A DNA stretch of 42,956 nucleotides, taken from a virus. The notes under the pieces were generated by a model. The model had not been told where the DNA came from. It worked only from the letters and a program-made list of their open reading frames with translations, and searched no databases. This document shows positions 21,282-30,706 of this stretch, piece after piece (the stretch's first letter is position 1; every line of letters begins with the position of its first letter). The position numbers were made by a program, and so were the translations under genes. Where the stretch lies: the IMG/VR virus record IMGVR_UViG_3300045988_080709; one strand, written 5' to 3'.

Positions 21282-21617
21282 ATGAGAGTTAATATACTTG
21301 GGACTAAATACAGAATAATTATAGCCACAAATGAGGAAAAACCTAAGCTGAATGAATGCGACGGTTATATAGACCAAACTATAAAAGAGATAGTGGTCGG
21401 TAAATTCGAGAAATGCCATATGAGTGTGGAGGACCTTCAAACCCACACAAAGAATGTAATGCGGCATGAAATCATACATGCATTCTTGTACGAAAGTGGA
21501 CTATGGACGAATAGCGGGAATGTAGAGAATTGGGGGCAATCTGAGGAAATCACCGACTGGATTGCTCTTCAGTTCCCAAAGATGCTGAAAGTATTCCAGG
21601 AAGCGAAATGTATTTAG
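21282..21617 (+). CDS. Small HExxH zinc metallopeptidase-like protein (111 aa)
   Basis: ATG 21282 follows GGAGG. Motif VMRHEIIHAFLYESG. Track ORF 21270-21617. Confidence 0.75.
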   Translation: MRVNILGTKYRIIIATNEEKPKLNECDGYIDQTIKEIVVGKFEKCHMSVEDLQTHTKNVMRHEIIHAFLYESGLWTNSGNVENWGQSEEITDWIALQFPKMLKVFQEAKCI

Positions 21618-21642
21618 TAGATTAACTGGAAAATCTATCCAT

Positions 21643-21671
21643 TTGACACTATGAAACATATGTTCTATAAT
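21643..21671 (+). promoter_or_regulatory. Perfect TTGACA-17-TATAAT promoter with a Cheo/LexA-box-like palindrome in the spacer
   Basis: TTGACActatgAAACATATGTTCTATAAT. The segment 21654-21665 (AAACATATGTTC) is 11/12 to GAAC-ATAT-GTTC. Confidence 0.7.
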
Positions 21672-21703
21672 TAGCATAAGAACAAATGTTTGGAGATGAT
21701 AAA

Positions 21704-21937
21704 ATGAATACCGGACCAACAAAAAGGCAGATGGATGTATATAACTTCATTGTCGATTATATAACCAAGAATATGTATTCCCCGTCTGTGAGGGATATAT
21801 GCAAGGCAATAGGGATTAGCTCCACATCAACAGTATGGAAGCATTTAGAGGCGTTAAAGCGTTGGGGACTGATTGATTATAAGCCAGCACAGACGAGGAG
21901 TATAGTATTAAAGGGCTATAAACTGGTAAAAGAGTAA
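21704..21937 (+). CDS. LexA-like winged-helix DNA-binding domain only (77 aa, no S24 peptidase domain)
   Basis: ATG 21704 follows GGAGATGA. PTKRQMDVYNFIVDYITKNMYSPSVRDICKAIGISSTSTVWKHLEALKRWGLI matches the LexA N-terminal pattern. The protein ends 20 aa later. Confidence 0.8.
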   Translation: MNTGPTKRQMDVYNFIVDYITKNMYSPSVRDICKAIGISSTSTVWKHLEALKRWGLIDYKPAQTRSIVLKGYKLVKE

Positions 21938-21959
21938 GAGGCACTTCGGTGTCTCTTTT
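21937..21959 (+). terminator. Intrinsic terminator after the LexA-like gene
   Basis: AGAGGCAC-ttcg-GTGTCTCT (8 bp, one G-U, UUCG loop), then TTT. Confidence 0.6.
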
Positions 21960-21985
21960 ATATTGCAAAACGAAACGATTGAGAG

Positions 21986-22792
21986 GTGGTGAGGGTGCCG
22001 CGGAAACTGGATGAACGAGCTGTGAAGGCGAAGGAGATGTATCTGAACGGCAAGAAATTAGTTGAGATTGCAAGTCAACTAAATTTGCCAGAAGGGACTG
22101 TTCGGCGTTGGAAGAGCACATATAAGTGGGGAAGTGAGCGCTCGTTAAATAAAAGCGAACGTTCGCAAAGGAGGAAGGGCGGGCAGCCTGGCAACAGAAA
22201 TGCCGTAGGTCACGGTGGAACAGGTCCGCCGGGAAATAAGAATGCGGTGAAGACGGGAGAGTTTGAGACTCTCTTTTTTGATACCCTGGACGCCGAAGAA
22301 AAGGAACTTCTGGAGATGGTGCAGCTAGACAAGGAACAGCTCCTTCTGCAGGAGATACAGCTTCTTACCGTCAGAGAGCGACGGATGCTGAAACGCATAG
22401 ATAGCCTGCGCGAATTGGAAGAATGCACACCGGAGGAAGAAGATGACGAGCCAGGCGTCATCTCAACAAAAGTTCCGCCGGGCATGACAGTGACAAAATA
22501 CACTGCAGGATTTGAAAAAGGCAAGATCACAGACTTGCGGGAATTTACGGGTATCCTTGGGCAGATACAGGCAGTTGAGGATGCCCTTACCAGAGTACAG
22601 GCCAGACGCCAGAGGGCTATTGAATCACTGCATAAGTTTGGTTATGATGATGCACGTCTGGAGCTGGAAGCCATGAAGTTTGAATTGGAGCTGACGAAAC
22701 AGGACGGTTCGGGAGAAGAATCAGAAGATGATGGCTTTATAGATGCCATGAACGCCACTGCATCGGAAGTCTGGGGTGATGCGGATGTATGA
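21986..22792 (+). CDS. terS: Terminase small subunit
   Basis: N-terminal HTH KLVEIASQLNLPEGTVRRWK and repeated GNRNAVGHG/GNKNAVKTG motifs typical of this terS family. The GTG start is uncertain. Confidence 0.85.
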   Translation: MVRVPRKLDERAVKAKEMYLNGKKLVEIASQLNLPEGTVRRWKSTYKWGSERSLNKSERSQRRKGGQPGNRNAVGHGGTGPPGNKNAVKTGEFETLFFDTLDAEEKELLEMVQLDKEQLLLQEIQLLTVRERRMLKRIDSLRELEECTPEEEDDEPGVISTKVPPGMTVTKYTAGFEKGKITDLREFTGILGQIQAVEDALTRVQARRQRAIESLHKFGYDDARLELEAMKFELELTKQDGSGEESEDDGFIDAMNATASEVWGDADV

Positions 22793-24194
22793 GAAGATAC
22801 AGAAGCTGAAAGCCCAGGTTGAAAAGATGAAAAAGAGGAGAAAACGGCCAGCAGGTTCCCTGACTTTCCAGTTCAAACCATTCTCTGAAAAGCAAAAGCA
22901 AGTCCTCACATGGTGGTGTCCGGAATCTCCGGTTAAAGATATGGACGGTATCATTGCAGACGGGGCCATCCGGTCAGGAAAGACGGTCTGTATGTCTTTG
23001 TCGTTTGTCATGTGGGCAATGGCTACCTTTAGTGGTCAGAACTTTGGCATGTGTGGCAAGACCATCGGCAGCTTCCGGCGTAACGTGGTGTTTTGGATGA
23101 AACTTATGCTCAAGTCAAGAGGATACGCTGTAGCTGACCACAGGGCGGATAATCTCCTGACGGTTGCCAAAAACGGTGTTGAGAACTATTTTTATATCTT
23201 TGGTGGGAAGGATGAACGTTCCCAGGATCTTATCCAGGGTATTACCTTGGCAGGTGTCTTCTTCGATGAGGTTGCCTTGATGCCGGAGTCCTTTGTCAAT
23301 CAGGCAACAGGCCGTTGCTCTGTAGATGGCAGTAAATACTGGTTCAACTGTAATCCGGACGGACCATATCATTGGTTCAAACTTAAATGGATTGATAAGT
23401 CAGTCGGATATCTGGGAAAAGACAGAGTGTCCGAGCTGTTGGCAAAAGGAGAGGTGTTGAAACAGATTCTGTATCTGCATTTCACAATGGATGATAACTT
23501 GAGTCTGTCGGAGAAGATTAAAGCCAGATACCGGGCAATGTATACAGGCGTGTTCTACAAGCGGTATATCCTGGGATTATGGGCAATGGCGGAGGGGATT
23601 ATCTACGATATGTTCTCTGAGGATGCACATGTGCAACCCATAAAAGATTTCTTTCAGAAGCTCATAGATAACGGAAGATACGTGAGTATCGACTACGGTA
23701 CTCAGAATGCCACGGCTTTCTTGCTTTGGAATAAAGGAGTGGATGGTAAATGGTACTGCATACGTGAGTATTATTATTCCGGCCGGGATAAAGGTGTCCA
23801 GAAAACAGATGCTGAATATGCAGACGATTTGAAAAAATGGCTTGATGGAACCAGGATAAAAGCAGTTATCGTAGACCCTTCGGCTGCTTCATTTATCGCA
23901 GAATTGCGGAAGAGAGGATATAGTGTACTGAAGGCCAAGAATGACGTGGAAGATGGCATCCGGCTCGTTGGGACGCTTCTCAACCAGAAGAAGATAGTAT
24001 TCAGCTCATCTTGTGTGAATACTATAATGGAGTTTTCTTCCTACATCTGGGACGAGAAGGCAGCGGAACGGGGCGAGGACGCACCAATCAAGCAGCATGA
24101 CCACGCAATGGATGCTGTTAGATACTTCTGCTATCTGGTGCTTAATAATAATGTGGCAAAAATCAGGAACAAGGCGAAAGCCGGATTTTACTAG
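22779..24194 (+). CDS. terL: Terminase large subunit
   Basis: Walker A ADGAIRSGKT, Walker B-like GVFFDE, a C-terminal nuclease region, and an overlap with terS. The start is ATG 22779 or 22785. Confidence 0.93.
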   Translation: MRMYEKIQKLKAQVEKMKKRRKRPAGSLTFQFKPFSEKQKQVLTWWCPESPVKDMDGIIADGAIRSGKTVCMSLSFVMWAMATFSGQNFGMCGKTIGSFRRNVVFWMKLMLKSRGYAVADHRADNLLTVAKNGVENYFYIFGGKDERSQDLIQGITLAGVFFDEVALMPESFVNQATGRCSVDGSKYWFNCNPDGPYHWFKLKWIDKSVGYLGKDRVSELLAKGEVLKQILYLHFTMDDNLSLSEKIKARYRAMYTGVFYKRYILGLWAMAEGIIYDMFSEDAHVQPIKDFFQKLIDNGRYVSIDYGTQNATAFLLWNKGVDGKWYCIREYYYSGRDKGVQKTDAEYADDLKKWLDGTRIKAVIVDPSAASFIAELRKRGYSVLKAKNDVEDGIRLVGTLLNQKKIVFSSSCVNTIMEFSSYIWDEKAAERGEDAPIKQHDHAMDAVRYFCYLVLNNNVAKIRNKAKAGFY

Positions 24195-24206
24195 GAGGTG
24201 ATGAAA

Positions 24207-25604
24207 ATGCATGTATTTACAATGCCTGCGGCAGAATGGGATGAACTGAATATTGATAAGCAGGCAGTAAGACACCTAATCATGAAGCATAGGTCGCATG
24301 TGACAGACCTTGCGAAGCTAAAAGCCTATTATGAAGGACAGCATAAGATTCTGACAGATTCGGAGCGGCAGAACAAGCTTGTCTGCAACCATGCAAAGGA
24401 TATTTCAGATACAGCCACATCGTATTTTATCGGCAATCCGGTGTCTTATAAAAGTAAAGGAGATATCACGGATTTGACGGATGCTCTGGAGCTGGCTGGA
24501 GCTGATGAGGCTGACGGAGATAATGGCCTAGATCTGAGTATATATGGACGGGCCTATGAATACATATATACCAAACAGGATGCTACAGATTTGCAAATAA
24601 AGAATCTTGAGCCAGAAAATACATTTATGGTATACGATGACAGCATTGAGCAGAATGAACTCTTTGCTGTCTATTATTATGCAAAAGTGGATTCCAGGGA
24701 TAAAAGGAACACAGTGTACGTAGCTACAATCCTGACGGAGAATTATAGATATGTGGCAAATATTGAGGACATAGAGGGGCCGCAGGGGATACTGGATGGA
24801 CCAGAGGCGCATTTTAAAGGTGAAGTGCCGGTCATAGAGTACTTGAACAACAAGCTGGCTATCGGAGATTATGAACTGCAAATACCACTGATAGATGCCT
24901 ACAACGCTCTGATGAGCGACCGGATTACAGATAAAGAACAGTTTATAGATGCTATCCTTGCTATTTATGGTACATTACTGTCTGATGAAGACGCTGAGGA
25001 AGAAGGAGATGGTGAAGGTATCCAGGAAGCAATGAAACGATTAAAAGAAAAAAAGTTGATTGAAATGCCAGCGGCAACAAAGGCGGAATACTTGACGCGA
25101 ACCTTTGATGAGACTGGAGTGGAAATCTTAAAAAAGGCTATTGAACAGGATATCCATAAATTTTCTCATATTCCTTGTATGACGGATGAGAGCTTCGGCG
25201 GAAACGTTTCTGGTGTGGCAATGGAATTTAAATTGCTGGGCATGGAGAATATAACTAAGATAAAAACCAGATATTATAAAAAAGGACTCAGAAAGCGTCT
25301 CCGTATTTTTGCAAACTTTCTCAATACCAGATCAGGAATACACATTGATGTATCAGGCATTGCGCCGACATTTACACGGGCCATGCCGAAGAACCTCCTG
25401 GAAATCAGCCAGTATGTAGCGAACCTCTGGGGCAAGGTAAGCCGTAAGACATTGCTGTCTCAAATCCCGTTTGTGGAGGACCCAGACGAAGAGCTGAAGG
25501 CCGTGGAAAAGGAGGAGCAGGATAGTTTGAAGAAACAGAAGGAGTTATTTGGGAATCAGCCAAATGAGCCGCCAGAGGACGGTGACATAGACGATGAAGA
25601 GTAA
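24207..25604 (+). CDS. Portal protein (SPP1 gp6-like)
   Basis: ATG 24207 lies 8 nt after AGGAGG (the track start is 24198). About 465 aa, directly after terL, with the ...KAYYEGQHKIL... pattern of SPP1-type portals. Confidence 0.9.
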   Translation: MHVFTMPAAEWDELNIDKQAVRHLIMKHRSHVTDLAKLKAYYEGQHKILTDSERQNKLVCNHAKDISDTATSYFIGNPVSYKSKGDITDLTDALELAGADEADGDNGLDLSIYGRAYEYIYTKQDATDLQIKNLEPENTFMVYDDSIEQNELFAVYYYAKVDSRDKRNTVYVATILTENYRYVANIEDIEGPQGILDGPEAHFKGEVPVIEYLNNKLAIGDYELQIPLIDAYNALMSDRITDKEQFIDAILAIYGTLLSDEDAEEEGDGEGIQEAMKRLKEKKLIEMPAATKAEYLTRTFDETGVEILKKAIEQDIHKFSHIPCMTDESFGGNVSGVAMEFKLLGMENITKIKTRYYKKGLRKRLRIFANFLNTRSGIHIDVSGIAPTFTRAMPKNLLEISQYVANLWGKVSRKTLLSQIPFVEDPDEELKAVEKEEQDSLKKQKELFGNQPNEPPEDGDIDDEE

Positions 25605-26709
25605 TGCTTATTGGGAGCAGAGGCAGGTACAGGATGCCTTTAATACGTTCCAGAAAGCGGAAGATACGGCTAATCAGATAGCAAGCCTATACCTAAAATC
25701 GTCACGGTATCTCAGCCTGCAGGCAGATGATGTCTTTGAGAGATATAAAACAAAGCATGGGTTATCAGAGACAGAGGCCAGACAACTGATTAGCACCATG
25801 CAGGATAGGACGTCACTGGATGAACTCCTGCAGAAGCTGCGAAATGGTGATAAGGACGAATCAAAACGTCAGCTTTTGTCAAAACTGGAAGCACCGGCGT
25901 ATCAGGCAAGGCTGGAACGACTTAGACAGATACAGTCACAGCTTGATGTGATTATGACGAATGTATACCAGCAGGAAAAACTCATAAGCGCCAATTTCTA
26001 TACTGGTCTTGCCAGCGAATCCTACTATCGGAGCATATACAATATCCAGCAGCGTGCAGATGCAGCATTTTCCTTCAGCCATGCATCGGCCAAAGTGATT
26101 GACAAAGTAGTCAATAGCCGTTGGTCCGGGAAAAATTATTCGGAGCGTATCTGGGGTAATACGCAAGCGCTGGCAGAAGATCTGAAAGAGGAACTGCTTA
26201 TCAACCTGGTGACAGGCCGTACAAACCGGGAAGCTGCTGCTATCATTGCCAATAAGTTTGGTCAGGGGACGAGCAATGCCAGGAGGCTTGTGCGAACAGA
26301 AAGCAATTACGTATCAACAGAACTGAACTTTAAGGCATGTGAGGAATGCGGGATTGAGGAATATCAGTATCTTGCAACCCTGGACATTAGAACCTCAAAA
26401 ATCTGCCGAGAACTGGACGGGAAAACATATCCCATCAAGGAACGCCAAATCGGGAAAAACTGTCCTCCGATGCATCCCTGGTGCCGCTCTACAACTATTC
26501 CCGTAGTGGACAGAACACTGATAGACAAGATGCAGCGCTCTGCAATCGACCCGGCCACGGGTAAGCGTATCAAGGTGCCCAGGAGCATGACATATCAGCA
26601 GTGGTATGATAAGTATGTCAAGGGCAAGCCGGAGGTCGCCGGCGCAACAAAGGAGGTGAGCAGCATGGCTTGTAAAGGAAAAGGCGGCAAGAAAGGCAAA
26701 GGAAAGTAG
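25594..26709 (+). CDS. Head morphogenesis / minor capsid protein (SPP1 gp7, Mu F-like)
   Basis: NYSERIWGNT...ARRLVRTESNYV...TLDIRTSKICRELDGK...PPMHPWCRSTT, the gp7/MuF signature. Confidence 0.9.
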   Translation: MKSNAYWEQRQVQDAFNTFQKAEDTANQIASLYLKSSRYLSLQADDVFERYKTKHGLSETEARQLISTMQDRTSLDELLQKLRNGDKDESKRQLLSKLEAPAYQARLERLRQIQSQLDVIMTNVYQQEKLISANFYTGLASESYYRSIYNIQQRADAAFSFSHASAKVIDKVVNSRWSGKNYSERIWGNTQALAEDLKEELLINLVTGRTNREAAAIIANKFGQGTSNARRLVRTESNYVSTELNFKACEECGIEEYQYLATLDIRTSKICRELDGKTYPIKERQIGKNCPPMHPWCRSTTIPVVDRTLIDKMQRSAIDPATGKRIKVPRSMTYQQWYDKYVKGKPEVAGATKEVSSMACKGKGGKKGKGK

Positions 26710-26894
26710 AAAGGCGGTGGTCCTGAATCTCCCTCTGGGCGGCGGGGTGAAGCTGCTTGTAAAAGATATAGTTAGAGACGCGCAGGTTATCCTGGGCGTT
26801 ATTTTTGTGCCCGGAATGGCTTAAAACTATAATCTAATGCAATGGCCTGGGCTTATGAATGGGCTGGGGCAGAAAGGATAGAAAGGATAAAAAA

Positions 26895-27581
26895 ATGAGA
26901 AATAAGTATTTTAAATTTGCATGTTGTGCCTTACCGATGGATTTGCAGTTTTTTGCAGAACCAGGAGACGGTGCTGGGGCCAATGGTGGCAATGGCGGCG
27001 GAGCTGAAGGAGGAGAAGGCGGAACTAGCGGAGACGATGGCACAGAGCCGCCATCTTTTGATGACCTTCTGAAAAACGGTCACCAGGCAGAATTTGACCG
27101 TAGAGTGCAGAAAGCTATTGATACAGCAGTAGGAAAGGCACAGGAAAAGTGGCAGGCACTTACAGATGATAAGTTGTCTGAGGCCGAAAAGCTGGCAAAG
27201 ATGACCAAAGAAGAAAAAACACAGTACCTTGCGCAGAAACATGAGAAAGAACTGGCAGAGCGGGAGGCAGGGATCACACGCAGGGAACTGATGGCTGAGG
27301 CAAAGAATACCCTGGCTGAAAAGAAACTTCCCGCAGGACTTGCGGAAGTGCTCAATTACACAGATGCGGATTCTTGTAATAAGTCTATTGCGGCTGTGGA
27401 AAAGGCTTTTCAGGAAGCCGTAGAAGAAGGGGTACAGGAACGTTTGAAGGGCGGGACACCGCCAACAAAGGCACCGGGAAGCGGAGGCGTGTACACAAAA
27501 GAGCAGGTCAATGCCATGACACCTGATGAGATTAATAAAAACTGGGATTCTATTTCAGAATCTATGAAAAATTGGAAATAA
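26895..27581 (+). CDS. Capsid scaffolding protein (DUF4355-like)
   Basis: ATG 26895 follows AAAGGA. It has the MDLQFFAE motif, a Gly-rich linker and a coiled-coil body. It lies upstream of the major capsid gene. Confidence 0.85.
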   Translation: MRNKYFKFACCALPMDLQFFAEPGDGAGANGGNGGGAEGGEGGTSGDDGTEPPSFDDLLKNGHQAEFDRRVQKAIDTAVGKAQEKWQALTDDKLSEAEKLAKMTKEEKTQYLAQKHEKELAEREAGITRRELMAEAKNTLAEKKLPAGLAEVLNYTDADSCNKSIAAVEKAFQEAVEEGVQERLKGGTPPTKAPGSGGVYTKEQVNAMTPDEINKNWDSISESMKNWK

Positions 27582-27598
27582 GAAAGGATGAGTGATAT

Positions 27599-28447
27599 AT
27601 GTCAGTAACAAATTTTATTCCGACCATTTGGAGTGCCAGGCTGCTGAGGCACCTGGATAAGAAACATGTATACGCCAATCTCTTGAACAGGGATTATGAG
27701 GGAGAAATCAAAAATTATGGTGATACGGTGAAAATCAACCAGATTGGTGATGTTGAAATCAAAGACTACACCAGAAATCAGGATATAGAGGCACCGGATG
27801 ATTTAAGCGGCAAGCAGCTCATGCTTACCATTGATCAGGCTAAATATTTTAACTTTGCCGTAGATGATGTTGACAATGCGCAAACGAATCCGAAACTGAT
27901 GGATAAAGCTATGCAGAGAGCCGGTTATGGGATGAACGATGTAACCGATCAGTTTGCGGCTAATCTGCTGTACGTTGGTGTGGATGCAGGAAATGTACTG
28001 GGTACAGATGAGTCCCCTATTGTACCGACTGCCGATGATGCTTATGATGCCTTGGTTGACCTTTCTACTCTTCTGACTGAGGCAAATGTACCGATGGATG
28101 GACGCTGGGCAGTTATCCCGGCTTGGTATCATGGGATACTGCTGAAAGACAAGCGTTTTGTTGGCAATGGTACAGATTACAATAAAGCAATTCTGGAAGG
28201 TGGAGAGGTTGGAATTGCTGCAGGATTTCGTATCCTTTTATCTAACAATGTTCCAAACACGACAGGTACAAAATATAAAATTATTGCTGGGACCAATGAA
28301 GCGGGGTCTTATGCGGAGCAGATTTTAAAGACTGAGGCGTACCGTCCAGAGAAGCGGTTCAGTGATGCCATTAAAGGACTGCATGTATATGGAGCCAAAG
28401 TATTACAGCCGAAATGCCTTGCTGTACTTACTGCAAACAGGAAATAG
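27599..28447 (+). CDS. Major capsid protein
   Basis: 282 aa. N-terminus FIPTIWSARLLRHLDKKHVYANLLNRDYEGEIKNYGDTVKI is typical of this coat family. It follows the scaffold gene. Confidence 0.9.
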   Translation: MSVTNFIPTIWSARLLRHLDKKHVYANLLNRDYEGEIKNYGDTVKINQIGDVEIKDYTRNQDIEAPDDLSGKQLMLTIDQAKYFNFAVDDVDNAQTNPKLMDKAMQRAGYGMNDVTDQFAANLLYVGVDAGNVLGTDESPIVPTADDAYDALVDLSTLLTEANVPMDGRWAVIPAWYHGILLKDKRFVGNGTDYNKAILEGGEVGIAAGFRILLSNNVPNTTGTKYKIIAGTNEAGSYAEQILKTEAYRPEKRFSDAIKGLHVYGAKVLQPKCLAVLTANRK

Positions 28448-28459
28448 GAGGGAAGATAC

Positions 28460-28729
28460 ATGTTTATTAGAAATATCAAGTCCGGATTGGTACAGGAATG
28501 TCACAACCTGGATGTCATAAAGGTATGTCGGAAGGACACAGAGCATTTTGAAGTATTTGAGAAGAAACCGGAAATAAAGCGGGAAGTTCTGAATGAAGAG
28601 GAGCCGGTAAAAATAATTGAAGAAATGACCGTGCCTGAACTGAAATCCTTGGCAAAAGAGAATGGCATTGAAGGTGCAGCATCTTTGAACAAGGAGGAGC
28701 TGCTGGCCGTTCTGAAGGATGTGGTCTGA
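28460..28729 (+). CDS. Rho-N/SAP-like domain protein (head module)
   Basis: C-terminus MTVPELKSLAKENGIEGAASLNKEELLAVLKD. Confidence 0.7.
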   Translation: MFIRNIKSGLVQECHNLDVIKVCRKDTEHFEVFEKKPEIKREVLNEEEPVKIIEEMTVPELKSLAKENGIEGAASLNKEELLAVLKDVV

Positions 28730-29044
28730 TTGACTGAAATCGAAAAACTGAAAAAACTGACTGGGGAGAGCGATGAAGAATTGCTCTTTCTTTTGTTGTC
28801 GGATGCGGAAGAGTATGTTTTGAGTTATACAAACCGTACGGTACTCCCTGATGGTCTCAAAAAGACAGTCAGGGATTTGGCCGTCATTACCCTTAACCGT
28901 AGAGGTACCGAGGGCGAAAACAGCCGCAGTGGGGCAGGAGAATCTTATAATTTTGATAATGCCCCGAAGCAAATATATGATGTGCTGAACCGATATCGTC
29001 TTGCAAGGATAGGGGGAAAGGCTCATGAGGCTAAAGCAGAATAG
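28730..29044 (+). CDS. Head-tail connector (gp6-like)
   Basis: TTG start. IEKLKKLTGESDEELLFLLLSDAEEYVLSYTNR is the typical gp6 pattern. Confidence 0.8.
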   Translation: MTEIEKLKKLTGESDEELLFLLLSDAEEYVLSYTNRTVLPDGLKKTVRDLAVITLNRRGTEGENSRSGAGESYNFDNAPKQIYDVLNRYRLARIGGKAHEAKAE

Positions 29045-29399
29045 GCTGGCTGAGTATCAACACCGGAAAGCTATTGTAGCGAGAGACTCAGAGGGCGGCA
29101 GCTATATAGAGTATGGACCTGCAGTGCCTATTTTGGCAGAGATGTGGACGGGTGGTGGAAAGTTGCAGACGGAAATATACGGAAACCGTCTGCCGAATAT
29201 CCGCAACCTGCGGCTCCAGGGAAAATACAAGGAAGTGCCAGGGATGAATGGAAAAGTCAGTTATCAGCTCGACAACGGGCCTGAGATTGCGGCGGGAGAC
29301 GGAATCTGTATCTATGCTGCAGTGGATCAGGAGCCAGACTACCATGTTGTTGCTGTTTATCCTTATACCCATCTAACATTGGAGGTGGAAAAGAGATGA
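29025..29399 (+). CDS. Head closure / head-tail adaptor protein
   Basis: Assigned by position and size (124 aa) in the connector block. Confidence 0.7.
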   Translation: MRLKQNRLAEYQHRKAIVARDSEGGSYIEYGPAVPILAEMWTGGGKLQTEIYGNRLPNIRNLRLQGKYKEVPGMNGKVSYQLDNGPEIAAGDGICIYAAVDQEPDYHVVAVYPYTHLTLEVEKR

Positions 29400-29893
29400 T
29401 CTTAGGCATTACTGACCTGAACAAACATTTTGGCAGGTTGTCAAAGGTAGAGCTTAAAAGTGGTATAAACAAAGGGATATCTTTTGTGCAGGAGGCTGCA
29501 AAAGCAAACTGTCCAGTATTTGACGGGGAACTCCGCAGCAAGATAATGACAGAAGTTACCGAGGAAGGTGATACTATCCGTGGTGTCTGTTGGCCTGCAG
29601 TAGAGCATGGCACCTATGTGGAACTGGGAACCGGCCCGAAAGGGCAGGCAAACCATGAAGGTATATCTCCAGATATTACAGTGGCTTATGCGCAGTCCCC
29701 GTGGTGGATACATGAGAGCCAGATAGATAGAAAGGTGGCAGAGCACTACCATTTTTTCCATATTGACACACCGCAAGGCCGCTTCTACCAATGTACAGGG
29801 CAACCGGCACAGCCATATCTGTATCCCGCACTAAAGGAGAACGAGGACGCAGTTTTGGAGATTATAGCAGAGGAGATTAAGAGACAACTATGA
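29396..29893 (+). CDS. HK97 gp10-family tail component
   Basis: ...FVQEAAKANCPVFDGELRSKI... is the gp10 pattern; ATGA overlap with the upstream stop. Confidence 0.8.
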   Translation: MILGITDLNKHFGRLSKVELKSGINKGISFVQEAAKANCPVFDGELRSKIMTEVTEEGDTIRGVCWPAVEHGTYVELGTGPKGQANHEGISPDITVAYAQSPWWIHESQIDRKVAEHYHFFHIDTPQGRFYQCTGQPAQPYLYPALKENEDAVLEIIAEEIKRQL

Positions 29894-30249
29894 AGAATGT
29901 AAAAGACCAAATCTATACAGCCCTGGATGCAGTGTTCGAGAATGTGACTGATCAGTACCCAAAGGACTGGGCAGAACTCCCTGCCGTTCAATACACGGAG
30001 GAAGACAACAAGGTGTACGAGCACACTTCCGAAGGAGAATGCAAGTCATATGTCAGATACCGCATTGATATCTGGCACAACAGGTCAACGTCGCAGACGG
30101 CGCTGGATACCGACAAGGCATTATCAGCCTTGGGGCTTGTCCGCACACTGTGTCAGGATGCGCCCGACCCATCGGGCTTGAAACATAAAGTTATGAGGTA
30201 TGAGGCTATTATCGACATGGAGTCTGATCATGTCTATTGGCCGAACTAA
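29890..30249 (+). CDS. Tail terminator / tail completion protein
   Basis: Assigned by position before the tail tube gene; 119 aa; ATGA overlap. Confidence 0.7.
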   Translation: MKNVKDQIYTALDAVFENVTDQYPKDWAELPAVQYTEEDNKVYEHTSEGECKSYVRYRIDIWHNRSTSQTALDTDKALSALGLVRTLCQDAPDPSGLKHKVMRYEAIIDMESDHVYWPN

Positions 30250-30265
30250 AAAGGAGAGTGATCAC

Positions 30266-30685
30266 ATGTTAGCAAACGGAGCAAAGCTTGGCTATAAGAA
30301 AAAAGGAGGGTCTGCGTTCACAGACCTCCCTGGATTGAAAGAAATCCCTGAGATCGGTGTAGAGCCGGAGAAAGTGGATAACACCTGCCTGACTGATCCA
30401 CATAAAACATATGAAATGGGTATTGGTGACCTTCCGGAAATGACATATAAATTCAGATATGATAACACTAAGGAGGATTCCCCGTACAGGGTGATGCGAA
30501 AAGCTCAGGAATCTATGGAAGTCTTAACGTTCCAGGATAAAGCAATAGACGGTACTACAATAGAGTATGATGCCCAAGTAACGGTAAAACGTACAGGTGG
30601 TGGAGTAAACGGTGCCATTGAATTTGACCTAACAATGATAGTACAGAGCGATTTAAATTACACGGACCCCACTGCAGCACTGTAA
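30266..30685 (+). CDS. Major tail (tube) protein
   Basis: ATG 30266 follows AAAGGAGAG; 139 aa; directly precedes the chaperone pair. Confidence 0.8.
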   Translation: MLANGAKLGYKKKGGSAFTDLPGLKEIPEIGVEPEKVDNTCLTDPHKTYEMGIGDLPEMTYKFRYDNTKEDSPYRVMRKAQESMEVLTFQDKAIDGTTIEYDAQVTVKRTGGGVNGAIEFDLTMIVQSDLNYTDPTAAL

Positions 30686-30706
30686 GCATAAGGAGGATAA
30701 AAGAAC

